Below, in pieces: positions 1 to 9,196 of a stretch of DNA of 64,000 nt; position 1 is the stretch's first letter; each line of letters opens with the position of its first letter. A program made the translations under genes and the position numbers. The stretch lies in assembly GCA_965248535.1 (NCBI GenBank), contig CBDFJR010000002.1:1728001-1792000 (forward strand), in the 5' to 3' direction. This DNA comes from Phormidesmis sp. Its GTDB lineage: Bacteria > Cyanobacteriota > Cyanobacteriia > Leptolyngbyales > Leptolyngbyaceae. Under the pieces are notes generated by a model. That model made no database searches and was not told where the DNA came from. It was given only the letters and a program-made list of their open reading frames with translations.

Positions 1-239
1 AGTGCATTGATGGCATGAACGGTTTTTTGGAGTGTATCGATTACGTGCTCATTAGCAGGCTTGTTGAATCCAATGTGCGTATCACTGATCTGCACGAAGG
101 ATAAGGGTGTCGCATTCTGGGATTTCTGGTTTGTCGAGTCTCCGACTTGGCAGGAAGTTAGTAAGCCATTTTCCCCAACGGCCCACAGAATTCCTAACCC
201 TGTCCAACTGACGTGTTCAATAAACTTTCTGCGTTTCAT
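1..239 (-). CDS. Calcineurin-like metallophosphoesterase with Tat-like leader (partial; runs off window start)
   Basis: Not in ORF track. Manual translation MKRRKFIEHVSWTGLG...LSFVQISDTHIGFNKPAN shows an RRxF leader and DxH metallophosphoesterase motif I. The ATG overlaps the cupredoxin stop (ATGA). Confidence 0.85.
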   Translation of the reverse strand, partial: MKRRKFIEHVSWTGLGILWAVGENGLLTSCQVGDSTNQKSQNATPLSFVQISDTHIGFNKPANEHVIDTLQKTVHAINA

Positions 240-670
240 GGTGTGTTCCTCTTAGGAGTGACGGTGATTGTTCCATGCATGAAGGGATGAATCGAGCAAA
301 TGTAGGGAAAGGTTCCGGGGGTTGTGAACGTTGATGCCCAAGTTTGGTCTGTATCCAAGGCTTTAGAATCGAAGGAACCATTCTTTGCTGTGACTGTGTG
401 AGGTTCTTCATCTTTGTTGACAAACTGAACCGTCTCACCAACATTAAGTTTTAGGTCAGCAGGCTGATATTTGAAGTTGGCAATTTTGAGGGTTACATTG
501 GGGTTTGCCGTATTTACATTGGGCTGCTTTAGCGGTTGATTGACTGTTGTCTTGGGTGTGTCTGTAGCGGTTGTAGCTTGTGGAGTTGAATGACTACAAG
601 ATGACAATGATAGCAAGATCACTAGCATTGTCGATGTGATTGCCATCCAGAGATAGGTAATGTATTTCAT
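236..670 (-). CDS. Cupredoxin (plastocyanin/amicyanin-like), probable lipoprotein
   Basis: Type-1 Cu ligands PHTV and C-x2-HPFM; lipobox-like LSSC after a hydrophobic leader. Confidence 0.9.
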   Translation of the reverse strand: MKYITYLWMAITSTMLVILLSLSSCSHSTPQATTATDTPKTTVNQPLKQPNVNTANPNVTLKIANFKYQPADLKLNVGETVQFVNKDEEPHTVTAKNGSFDSKALDTDQTWASTFTTPGTFPYICSIHPFMHGTITVTPKRNTP

Positions 671-963
671 GATCTTCCTCCGATGTGTTTGGTCGGATGT
701 CGCTTAGAAAATAGCCCGGTCATACTCAGACCTGTTGCGAGTAAGCCGAGCAATCCCAGCCCATTCAGAACAGGTAAAGTTGCTGCTAGTCCAAAGATTT
801 CAAAGGTATGAACTTTCAGCAAGAATCCAACAAACTCGTCTTGGTGGAGCCATTGATCGGCGATCGCGAGGCTAATTCCGCTAGTTGCTGTCACGAGTAG
901 CGGCAGGCAGAGGACGATCGCTAAAAACCGATGATATTTCCGCAATGTTAGCTTCATGGGCAA
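667..963 (-). CDS. PepSY-associated TM-helix small membrane protein
   Basis: LRKYHR...ATSG and LLKVH motifs, hydrophobic helices; ATGA overlap with the cupredoxin gene. Confidence 0.7.
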   Translation of the reverse strand: MPMKLTLRKYHRFLAIVLCLPLLVTATSGISLAIADQWLHQDEFVGFLLKVHTFEIFGLAATLPVLNGLGLLGLLATGLSMTGLFSKRHPTKHIGGRS

Positions 964-1080
964 TCTCCAAAAATGGGGTGATATCTCAAAAAACTGTTGA
1001 AAGAAGTGGTTCAGCCAGCGCGCTCTGAGCGTGTTCTAGAGACATCACTGGCTGAGGAATTCGTCTATCTTCATTCCTGA

Positions 1081-1106
1081 AGACGATTGGACTGCGACTT
1101 TGGATT
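1081..1106 (-). promoter_or_regulatory. Candidate ECF-sigma promoter (AATCC-N16-CGTCT)
   Basis: Minus strand AATCCAAAGTCGCAGTCCAATCGTCT upstream of the PepSY operon; same spacing as the copies at 1731 and 1848. Confidence 0.65.
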
Positions 1107-1139
1107 TAAAGCTGCTAAATGCCTCAATAGACACGAAGG

Positions 1140-1502
1140 TTAGTCTTCTGAAAATGATTTCAGTTGACTCTCAAGAGCCTGTGAGTAACTCTGGTCAGTT
1201 AACATCTGTTCTGGGAGCCGATGCGCTTTAATTGCAGCTTGAACAACATCTTTGGCGCTCACAGTGCCAGCCTCTAGCTCTGAGACTAGCAACTGTCCAC
1301 CCGGAATGCCTTGATCTTGCAGATAGCCTCGATAGGCAAGAAATGATAAATCGAAGGGGGTTAGCTGGCTGACAGCAGGGTTGGCTGTCACAACCGGGTT
1401 CAATGCCGACGAGTCAACTGGCATAGACTGAGCTTTGACAACAGATGGGCTAGCAACCGCAATGACTAGCATGGACAAAACAGTAGGAACGAACCGTTGC
1501 AT
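1140..1502 (-). CDS. Secreted hypothetical protein
   Basis: Signal peptide (…VKA|Q); TPFDL…AYRGYL…GIPG motif. Confidence 0.75.
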   Translation of the reverse strand: MQRFVPTVLSMLVIAVASPSVVKAQSMPVDSSALNPVVTANPAVSQLTPFDLSFLAYRGYLQDQGIPGGQLLVSELEAGTVSAKDVVQAAIKAHRLPEQMLTDQSYSQALESQLKSFSED

Positions 1503-1730
1503 AGGAAGACCTCATTAACAAATGGTTTTCTGGACTACAGCAAATTGATCAATTTGGCTCCAACGATCGCTGTCTAGACAGGTAAAACTGCCCCGATAGC
1601 TTGCGCGGAGTCTAGGAGAATTTGACTGAGAAAAGCTGTAGGAGGGAGGCTGTTTAGTGGGTGAGCGGAGATCTTTAAGAAGTGAGTTTCTGAAGATTGC
1701 GCTGGCTAACTGTCTCCTTTCTATTTATCC

Positions 1731-1756
1731 AGACGACCGAACTAAACGGTTGGATT
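1731..1756 (-). promoter_or_regulatory. Candidate ECF-sigma promoter (AATCC-N16-CGTCT)
   Basis: Minus strand AATCCAACCGTTTAGTTCGGTCGTCT upstream of the 1140-1502 gene. Confidence 0.65.
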
Positions 1757-1847
1757 TAAACGATTCAGAAAGATATGCAACTAAAACCCAAACGTAAGAA
1801 GGCAGAATGGATTCGGGGTTTTGAGTTCTGATTTTCCCCTTTAGAGT

Positions 1848-1873
1848 CATCCAGTTGGCTTTACCAATCGTTT
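1848..1873 (+). promoter_or_regulatory. Candidate autoregulatory ECF-sigma promoter (CATCC-N16-CGTTT)
   Basis: CATCCAGTTGGCTTTACCAATCGTTT just upstream of the sigma gene. Confidence 0.65.
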
Positions 1874-1906
1874 TAGAAATGAAAGAAACGCTGTTTTATT
1901 CTTAAG

Positions 1907-2563
1907 GTGGAGGGTGTGAAACGAGCATTGAAACCCACGCAGCAACGATCGATCCAGAGCGATTTATGGAAAGATATGGAGCCAAGTTCTCACCGTGGCT
2001 CAAATAATGAGCCTGCCGTAACCGATACAGAGATTCTTCATGCGCTGAAGAACAAACATCCAATGGCGCTAGAGAGGCTCTACGATCGCTTTGGCGGAGT
2101 GGTGTATGGCGTGGCACTCAAGGTGTTGAAAAACCATTCAGAAGCTGAAGATCTCACCCAGGAGATTTTTCTAGCACTGTGGCATCGTGCCGCTTTTGAC
2201 CCGGATCACGGTTGTTTCGTCCGCTATCTGATCACAATGACGCGATCGCGAGCGATCGACAAACTGCGCTCCCGTGGGAGAACCTTGAATCTGCTCCAGC
2301 GTTGGGGGCAAACCGCCCATGCAGAGACGACTTCGCCTACACCTTTTGAGCAAGCAGCTTTAACCGAGCGCTCTCAATTTGTGCGCGAGGCATTGACGCA
2401 TCTATCCGATCAACAGCGTCGGGTGATTGAGATGGCTTACGACAAAGGACTTAGCCAATCAGAAATTGCTCAACACTTGAATATGCCATTGGGAACCGTT
2501 AAAAGCTGGACTCGCCAAGCCCTGCTGAAACTCAAGCCTCTCTTACAAGACTCTATTGATTAG
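1907..2563 (+). CDS. ECF sigma-70 factor, SigK-like (start may be ATG 1976)
   Basis: Region 2 AEDLTQEIFLALW…RSRAIDKLR; region 4 GLSQSEIAQHLNMPLGTVKS. Confidence 0.92.
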   Translation: MEGVKRALKPTQQRSIQSDLWKDMEPSSHRGSNNEPAVTDTEILHALKNKHPMALERLYDRFGGVVYGVALKVLKNHSEAEDLTQEIFLALWHRAAFDPDHGCFVRYLITMTRSRAIDKLRSRGRTLNLLQRWGQTAHAETTSPTPFEQAALTERSQFVREALTHLSDQQRRVIEMAYDKGLSQSEIAQHLNMPLGTVKSWTRQALLKLKPLLQDSID

Positions 2564-3320
2564 CCCTATGAGCGAACCTCTATTTTCCGAATTTATCGAC
2601 CCACTAGCAGCGGGGTATGTGCTGGGTGATCTCGATCGCGAAGAAACGGAACTCTTTGAGCAACGGTTGGCAACCGATCCAGAGTTAGCCCAAGAAGTTA
2701 GCCGTCTTCGAGTTGTTCTAGAAGAAGTACTTTATGGACTCAATGAAGTTAAACCACCTCAGCAGCTTCGAGCCGCTATTCTTCAGTCTGTTCATTCTTC
2801 AAAGCAGCCTTGGTTAGAGCAAAGCGCAACTGCAAAGCAGCCGACCTCAAGACGGCGACCCCTACCGTGGAACAAAGTCATGGGTAGTATTGCGGCTTTG
2901 TTTATGCTGGCATTGGGATTAGATAACTATCAATTACGACAGGAGTTGACTCATACCCAAGAGGTCAGTACTTTGCTGCAACAGGCTGAAACTCGTCTTT
3001 TCTCCCTCCAAGGAATGCAAGCGGCAAAGCAAGCGCAAGGGAGCTTTGTCCTAAATCTAGGGCAACAAAAAGGAGTTCTCGCAGTTCAAAATCTTCCGGC
3101 TCCGCCTGCTGGAAAGGTCTATCGGCTTTGGGCAGTGGTGGATGGAGAAAAGATTCCGTGCGGGCGATTAAGCGTCAATCCCCAAGGCACCGTGCTAGAG
3201 AAATTTTCTATGCCTGCTGACTTTTATGAAGCAGGGATATCAGCGCTAGTGGTTACTTTAGAGCCTTCTGAGGCGGCTCGGCAACCCGTCGGCCCGATCG
3301 TGATGACGAGTCGCGTGTAG
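2556..3320 (+). CDS. Anti-sigma factor, RskA-like
   Basis: AAGYVLGDL N-terminus, single TM, C-terminal YRLWA…VTLEP…PVGP; overlaps the sigma gene. Confidence 0.88.
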   Translation: MISPMSEPLFSEFIDPLAAGYVLGDLDREETELFEQRLATDPELAQEVSRLRVVLEEVLYGLNEVKPPQQLRAAILQSVHSSKQPWLEQSATAKQPTSRRRPLPWNKVMGSIAALFMLALGLDNYQLRQELTHTQEVSTLLQQAETRLFSLQGMQAAKQAQGSFVLNLGQQKGVLAVQNLPAPPAGKVYRLWAVVDGEKIPCGRLSVNPQGTVLEKFSMPADFYEAGISALVVTLEPSEAARQPVGPIVMTSRV

Positions 3321-3352
3321 TCTATCTAACCTCTTGCACCATTGTCAACAAG

Positions 3353-3546
3353 CTAGTAGTTCACCCATTCAACTTTGACTAGTACAGAGCTTTGGTGATA
3401 ATGGGATAGTCTTGGGCTGCCAACCCTTGGGGGCGTGCCCCCAAACCCCCATTGGGGGACGGTTGCCTCCCCCAAACCCCCTGCAAACGAAATCTTGGTT
3501 AAGGAGTTCGATATGACTCCTCAGAGTTAGTTTGGCGGACTACTAG
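3353..3546. mobile_element. MITE-like element with imperfect 26-bp terminal inverted repeats
   Basis: Left CTAGTAGTTCACCCATTCAACTTTGA vs right (reverse complement) CTAGTAGTCCGCCAAACTAACTCTGA; internal GGGGG/CCCCC stems; no ORF. Confidence 0.65.
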
Positions 3547-3563
3547 GTTTTGTGCCCCAATTT

Positions 3564-6251
3564 CTATAGCCAATTGCCTACAAGCGTTAGGGCAGCCCAA
3601 TAGCCCGGATGATGTCTGGCTCCTGAATGGTGTTGCAGCCAAATTTTTTGGGCGACTTGCAACGCCTTTGCCCGACCCATGCCTTGATTGAGATTTTGGT
3701 AAAACTGGGCAATCAGGTCGGCGGTTGCTTGATCGTCTACCTGCCAGAGAGATGCGATCGCGCTTTTTGCCCCCGCCTGAAGCGAAATTCCAGCAATGCC
3801 AAGTGCATCACGATCGCTTCCGACCGCCGTTTCGCAAGCGGTCAGGGTCAACAGTTCTAGCGGTTTTCCGACCGTTTGCAGAATTTGGTAAAGCTGATTC
3901 ATGGTCAGCTTTTCATTGTAGTTTTGAGGGTTAGATTTTGAGGCTGCTGGCTCTGGAATTTGTTTGCCTGTCACCAGAAATGTGTCTCGCGAATCGATGC
4001 CAAATTTGCCGTGGGTGGCAAGGTGAACGATCGGAAAAGAATTTTGCGTAAGTTCTTGTTTGAGGCGATCGATGGTGAAGGCTTCATCGATAAATTCTTT
4101 GCTGCCCGGAAGGGTTTTAGTAATGCGATCGAGTTCGGTTTTGACATAGCTTAGAGACTCAAAAAAGGTCGAACTGTTTACTGTAGAAGCTTTTGTCAAG
4201 CCGAATCCTAACACGCGCAGAGACCGTTGTTCAAGCTGAGTTGGCTCAATTAAGGTCAGACTGAGGGTACTCGCGATCGCATATTGTTCAACTAAAAACT
4301 GCTTGCCATCATATAGGGCAGTCATGGGAACACTGCGGAGAATTCCATCTTGAATGAATACTAGCGTTTCAATCTCTGCTGTCTGCAAATCTTGAGCAAA
4401 GGGACGAATTAGCCAGTCATAGACTTGCTGTGAGGGTTGTTGATAGGTGTTAGCTAAATCGGATCGATTCTCTAATTTGAGGCGCAGATCATTCACTGTT
4501 GCAACTACAGTTTGACTTTGAGCAGGTATCCAGCGCACGATTGACTGTGATTTAGGCAAAGCGAGAATGACCGCAATTCGATTCTTAAGAATGATGGTGC
4601 TAAAAACCGCAGTTCTATCATTTACTAGAGCCACAGGTTTTGCAAGTGCGGTAATTGTGCAATCTTCTCCTAGATAGTTTTGCAATTCTGCAAGCCTTAA
4701 ACTATCGATGGTCTCTAATGCAGATTCAATATTCTCTTTCTGCTTCTCTAGCGTTTTATTTGGCGTTATAGATTGTAGTTGCAGTTCAGTTAATTCTCGA
4801 TAGACAGGTTCAACTAAGTCGCGAAAATCAAACTGAAAATCACGACTTGCGATCGCTAAATTCCCCCGAATTTCTTGCAAGGCTTTGACCGAGCTTTCGT
4901 AAGCCGCGATTGCTTTCGGCAACAGCGAAGCTCTTGCTGCTGTTGTTCTTCCTTGTGCTTGTAAAATTCGTCCCGTTTGCCAGTCCCACAAATAACGGTT
5001 TGCTTGATTTTGCGCGGCGAACTGGGCCTGTTGCGTCAGGGTTAGTGCCTGAGTAAAACTTTGCTGGCATTCGTAGAAATGCCCCAAACGTCCTAATGCA
5101 AAAGATTCAGCTTGCTGATCGCGAATGCGTTGTGAAACCGCGATCGCCTGATTGAGCAATGTCACGGTCTCAGCAGGAATTTGGGGCAAACACTGGACAT
5201 TAGGATTAAACTTGGAACTATCGCGGGTTAACTGTTGCAGCAAGTTGGCGAGTCGAATCAACCCATAGGCTTTGTCGCGAGAATCGGGTAAGCGATTAGC
5301 GCAAGGCGCAACTCCGCAGGAACCGTAAAGATCAAGCGCTTGTTTGAGCGTGTTTTCGGCAATTTGTGACTCGCTAAAACTGCGTTGGTAAGAGGTTGCT
5401 AAATTTAGCAGTGCGTGACTTTCGTCGGTGGCATTGTTCTGCTGACGAGCCGCCATGACAACGGCTTCAAAGAATTGGACAGCCTTGAGATCGTGGTCTA
5501 TTGCCTGCTGAGTAAACCTATCTATTGCCGCGCGATCGTCTGACTCTGACGCATATTCAGCATAACGATAATCTCGTTTTGCAAGATTTGCATAAGTGTT
5601 TCCTAGTCCATTCTTAGCTGCAATTATGTAAGCTGAATTTTTGATCGTTTCAGCGATCGCTAAACTCTTTTCTAGCAGTCGCAACGATATTTCATAGTCA
5701 CCTTGCAATCGATAAATATTTCCTAAGCTTCCCAATCCGGCGGCTTCTCCAAGCTGATCTGACTGCTGATGTGCGATCGCTAATGCACTGTCTTCTTTAC
5801 AATCTGATTCTGGTTGCTGACCACAGAGAAGCGCGATCGCTTTGCGCTGTTGCCCTAAGTTACTATAAGCCTGTGCTTGTTCAGTGAGGATTCTTCCGAG
5901 TTGGACACGATCGCCGATCTTCTGATAATAGGCAATGAGTGAATTGAGAGATGCGATCGCATCATTAACCTGTCCCATTTGTGAATAAACCCGTGCTAAA
6001 TATTTGAGAAGCACGATTTGATCTTCAGCACTTGGATGATTGCTTAATGCAGTGTTCCAAAGCGTGATCGCACCTTGAAAATCTCCAGCCTGATAGCGCT
6101 CTAACCCCTGCTGAATGGATGAGTTAACAGTTTGGGCTATGACAACGTGATCTACTGCAATGGATTTGAATGTTAGGGAAATGTGACCCCAGCCTAAGCA
6201 AAGCGTAAAGCTAATCAAGAATAAGACACTGAGCCAGCGTCGTTTCAACAT
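3564..6251 (-). CDS. TPR + CHAT (caspase HetF-associated) domain protein
   Basis: Signal peptide, TPR-like helices, CHAT motifs VHLATHG and LTACETAVG, HPGYWA…LVGNWL end. Confidence 0.93.
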   Translation of the reverse strand: MLKRRWLSVLFLISFTLCLGWGHISLTFKSIAVDHVVIAQTVNSSIQQGLERYQAGDFQGAITLWNTALSNHPSAEDQIVLLKYLARVYSQMGQVNDAIASLNSLIAYYQKIGDRVQLGRILTEQAQAYSNLGQQRKAIALLCGQQPESDCKEDSALAIAHQQSDQLGEAAGLGSLGNIYRLQGDYEISLRLLEKSLAIAETIKNSAYIIAAKNGLGNTYANLAKRDYRYAEYASESDDRAAIDRFTQQAIDHDLKAVQFFEAVVMAARQQNNATDESHALLNLATSYQRSFSESQIAENTLKQALDLYGSCGVAPCANRLPDSRDKAYGLIRLANLLQQLTRDSSKFNPNVQCLPQIPAETVTLLNQAIAVSQRIRDQQAESFALGRLGHFYECQQSFTQALTLTQQAQFAAQNQANRYLWDWQTGRILQAQGRTTAARASLLPKAIAAYESSVKALQEIRGNLAIASRDFQFDFRDLVEPVYRELTELQLQSITPNKTLEKQKENIESALETIDSLRLAELQNYLGEDCTITALAKPVALVNDRTAVFSTIILKNRIAVILALPKSQSIVRWIPAQSQTVVATVNDLRLKLENRSDLANTYQQPSQQVYDWLIRPFAQDLQTAEIETLVFIQDGILRSVPMTALYDGKQFLVEQYAIASTLSLTLIEPTQLEQRSLRVLGFGLTKASTVNSSTFFESLSYVKTELDRITKTLPGSKEFIDEAFTIDRLKQELTQNSFPIVHLATHGKFGIDSRDTFLVTGKQIPEPAASKSNPQNYNEKLTMNQLYQILQTVGKPLELLTLTACETAVGSDRDALGIAGISLQAGAKSAIASLWQVDDQATADLIAQFYQNLNQGMGRAKALQVAQKIWLQHHSGARHHPGYWAALTLVGNWL

Positions 6252-6356
6252 AACCTAATCTCGCGATCGTAGGAAATAATGATAGGGTTTTACCATGCTT
6301 TCCTGGTGATCTGGACGATCGTTGAACAAACTTTATTGCATTCTAGGAGTGAGATT

Positions 6357-9137
6357 GTGAGGACTCAAGTTTGGATGCAGATATTATGTCAGATGACTGC
6401 GATTGCACTGAGTAGCCGTTGCATGGCTCAAGTGGTGCCTGATCAGACCTTACCACTGGGGGAACGATCGCAGGTTTCTGGCAATCCTAATACTCAAATT
6501 AATGGGGGTGCAATTCGAGGAAGCAACTTATTTCACAGCTTTCAACAGTTTTCAATTCCTACAGGTGGCAGTGTTGTTTTTAACAATGGCTCAACGATTA
6601 CTAACATCATTAACCGAGTAACTGGAAGCAGTCGCTCTGACATTGACGGATTGATTCGCGCTAACGGCACTGCAAACGTCTTCTTAATCAATCCCAATGG
6701 GATTTTGTTTGGTGCAAATGCACGGCTGGAAATTGGCGGCTCATTTTTAGCTAGTACTGCAAACAGTCTTATATTCGATGATGGTTATTCCTTTAGTTCA
6801 ATAAACCCACAAGTGCCGCCGTTACTGACTATCAGCACCCCGATCGGATTGCGGTTTGGCAACAAGACTGAACCAATTCGAGTGCAGGGAAATGGGCAAG
6901 AATTAAGAGATTTTGTTGCCAACTCTCCACTCATCGACACAACAAAGGGCTTACAGGTTCCATTTAATCAAACGTTAGCGTTAGTGGGAGGTGAAATCTC
7001 TTTAGAAGGAGCACTGCTGAAAACGGCTGGAGGAAGGATAGAACTAGGCAGTGTTTTAGACAACAGCCTAGTTAGCCTCACTCCCACAGGTAAAGGCTTT
7101 GCTTTAGGTTATGATGCAGTGCAAAACTTTGGAGCTATTCAACTTTTTCAAAGAGCTTATGTCGATGCGAGTGGGGAAGGTGGCGGTGATATTTCCATTC
7201 AAGGTGGGCGCATTGTTCTGGCAGGTGCTTCTACGATCGAAGCAAGCACTTTACGAGCAAAACCAGGAGGAAGCTTTACTATCAATGCGCGATCGTCGCT
7301 TGAGATCACTGGAGGAGATACCCTCGCCGAAGAAAGTGGATTATTTGCAGTCACCTATCCAAAAACTACTGGCTCTGGGGGCAACTTGACGATCAATACA
7401 CCGACTTTGCTGGTGCGGAACGGTGGAGAAATCAGTGTCAGTACGTTTGCCGAAGGAACTAGTGGCAATATAGCCATCAATGCTCCTCAGAGCCTGCAAC
7501 TGATAGGAACTTCTAAGGATGGCATGGTGCGCGGTGGTCTATTTGCCAGAGCAAATGGAACCATTGGTGCAGCAGGCAACCTAACGCTTGACACGGGAAC
7601 TTTGATCATCAGAGATGGGGCACAACTCAGCGTTGGTACACGCAGTGCGGGCAATAGCGGAAACATAATCATTAACGCTACTCAAGGCGTAGAATTGAGC
7701 GGCACTTCTGCAAAAAGAGAGTTTTCTAGCGGCTTATTTGCCCAAGCTAATGCAGGTGCAAGTGGAGCAGGCGGAAACATAACAGTCAACACACCGACGT
7801 TGCTAATGCAGAATGGAGCCATAATTGCGGGTGGAACTCTTGGTGAAGGCTCCGCAGGAAGCATAACAATCAATGCTCCCCAAGGAATACACCTGATTGG
7901 AACCTCGCCGAGTGGTGAGCAATCTAGCGGCTTATTTTTGTTTGCTGCGCTAGGCTCAACCGGAGCAGGTGGAGATCTAACAATCAACACGTCTGATTTG
8001 TTGGTAGAGAAGGGAGCCGCAGTGACTGTCGGGACTGATGGTGCGGGCAATGCAGGAACTTTAACGGTAAATGCGACAGATGCGGTGAAAGTCATCGGTA
8101 GCTCTTTTGATGGTCGATATCCCAGCGCTCTGGCTGCTTCAGCAGAGTTGCACTCAACAGGAGCCGCAGGAAAGTTATTCATCAACACTCCTTCGTTGCT
8201 CGTGCAAAATGGAGCAGCGATCAGTGCAGCTACATCAGGCACGGGGGATGGGGGCGAATTGAGCGTGAATGCACCAAATTCAGTTCTAATCAGTGGGAGC
8301 GATTTCACAGGTCGCGTCAGCGCCTTACGGACTTTGACTGAAGGCAGCGGCAACGGCGGGTCACTTTCAATTTTCACCACGAGGTTGCAAGTTCAGAACA
8401 AGGCAGAAATCACGGTTGGCAGTACTGGAATAGGACGATCGGGCAACCTACAAATTCAGGCAAACTCAATTAATCTAGACAATCAAGCTTCTCTGAGTGC
8501 CAGCACGACCAGTGATCGATCGGGAAACCAGGCGAATATTACTTTAACCTCAAATAATTTAGTGTTGCGTCACGGTAGCCGTATTACCACTAATGCTACT
8601 GGAAGTGCTAATGGTGGCAACATTAATCTCAAAAGTGACTTTATCATTGCAGTTCCCAAAGAAAATAGCGATATTAGCGCTAATGCAAAAGAAAGCTTGG
8701 GGGGACGAGTCATCATCACGGCTGAAGGTATCTTTGGGATTCAGCTTCGCGATCGCCTCACTCCCCTCAGCGACATCACAGCAACTTCCGATTTGGGATC
8801 TCAGTTTAATGGAGTCGTGACGATCAACAAACCCGATGTTGACCTAAACCGGGGACTCGTCGCGCTGCCTACAGAACTTATTGACCCTAATGTTCTCATT
8901 GCGAATAGTTGTGTGGCACGTCGCCGTCGTCAAGGTCGCTTTGTGATTACGGGAACCGGAGGATTGGCAACTCAGCCTGATGACTTGGCAAACGCTGCTT
9001 TTCCAACCTATGAGCTAGTTCCTGATCCTGCAAAAGCAGAGAATGTTCGTCCGTCGCCATCTACTTCAGTCACAGAACCCGATCGTATCTATCACCTCGC
9101 GAATGGAGCAGTGGTTTTAGGTCGATCGTGCGAGTAA
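6357..9137 (+). CDS. Filamentous haemagglutinin N-terminal domain exoprotein (TpsA-like)
   Basis: NLFHSFQQF, IINRVTG, LINPNGI secretion-domain motifs; GxGGNIxI beta-helix repeats; GTG start chosen after AGGAG. Confidence 0.92.
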   Translation: MRTQVWMQILCQMTAIALSSRCMAQVVPDQTLPLGERSQVSGNPNTQINGGAIRGSNLFHSFQQFSIPTGGSVVFNNGSTITNIINRVTGSSRSDIDGLIRANGTANVFLINPNGILFGANARLEIGGSFLASTANSLIFDDGYSFSSINPQVPPLLTISTPIGLRFGNKTEPIRVQGNGQELRDFVANSPLIDTTKGLQVPFNQTLALVGGEISLEGALLKTAGGRIELGSVLDNSLVSLTPTGKGFALGYDAVQNFGAIQLFQRAYVDASGEGGGDISIQGGRIVLAGASTIEASTLRAKPGGSFTINARSSLEITGGDTLAEESGLFAVTYPKTTGSGGNLTINTPTLLVRNGGEISVSTFAEGTSGNIAINAPQSLQLIGTSKDGMVRGGLFARANGTIGAAGNLTLDTGTLIIRDGAQLSVGTRSAGNSGNIIINATQGVELSGTSAKREFSSGLFAQANAGASGAGGNITVNTPTLLMQNGAIIAGGTLGEGSAGSITINAPQGIHLIGTSPSGEQSSGLFLFAALGSTGAGGDLTINTSDLLVEKGAAVTVGTDGAGNAGTLTVNATDAVKVIGSSFDGRYPSALAASAELHSTGAAGKLFINTPSLLVQNGAAISAATSGTGDGGELSVNAPNSVLISGSDFTGRVSALRTLTEGSGNGGSLSIFTTRLQVQNKAEITVGSTGIGRSGNLQIQANSINLDNQASLSASTTSDRSGNQANITLTSNNLVLRHGSRITTNATGSANGGNINLKSDFIIAVPKENSDISANAKESLGGRVIITAEGIFGIQLRDRLTPLSDITATSDLGSQFNGVVTINKPDVDLNRGLVALPTELIDPNVLIANSCVARRRRQGRFVITGTGGLATQPDDLANAAFPTYELVPDPAKAENVRPSPSTSVTEPDRIYHLANGAVVLGRSCE

Positions 9138-9196
9138 GACACTTTCAATAGATGCGATACAAATGAGCCATCCTGTTCAAGGATGGATAACACGGT

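Noticed and set aside
7682..8380. 232-aa antisense ORF and the many other short overlapping ORFs in the track
   Set aside because: They lie opposite or inside well-supported genes and reflect codon bias; no independent motifs
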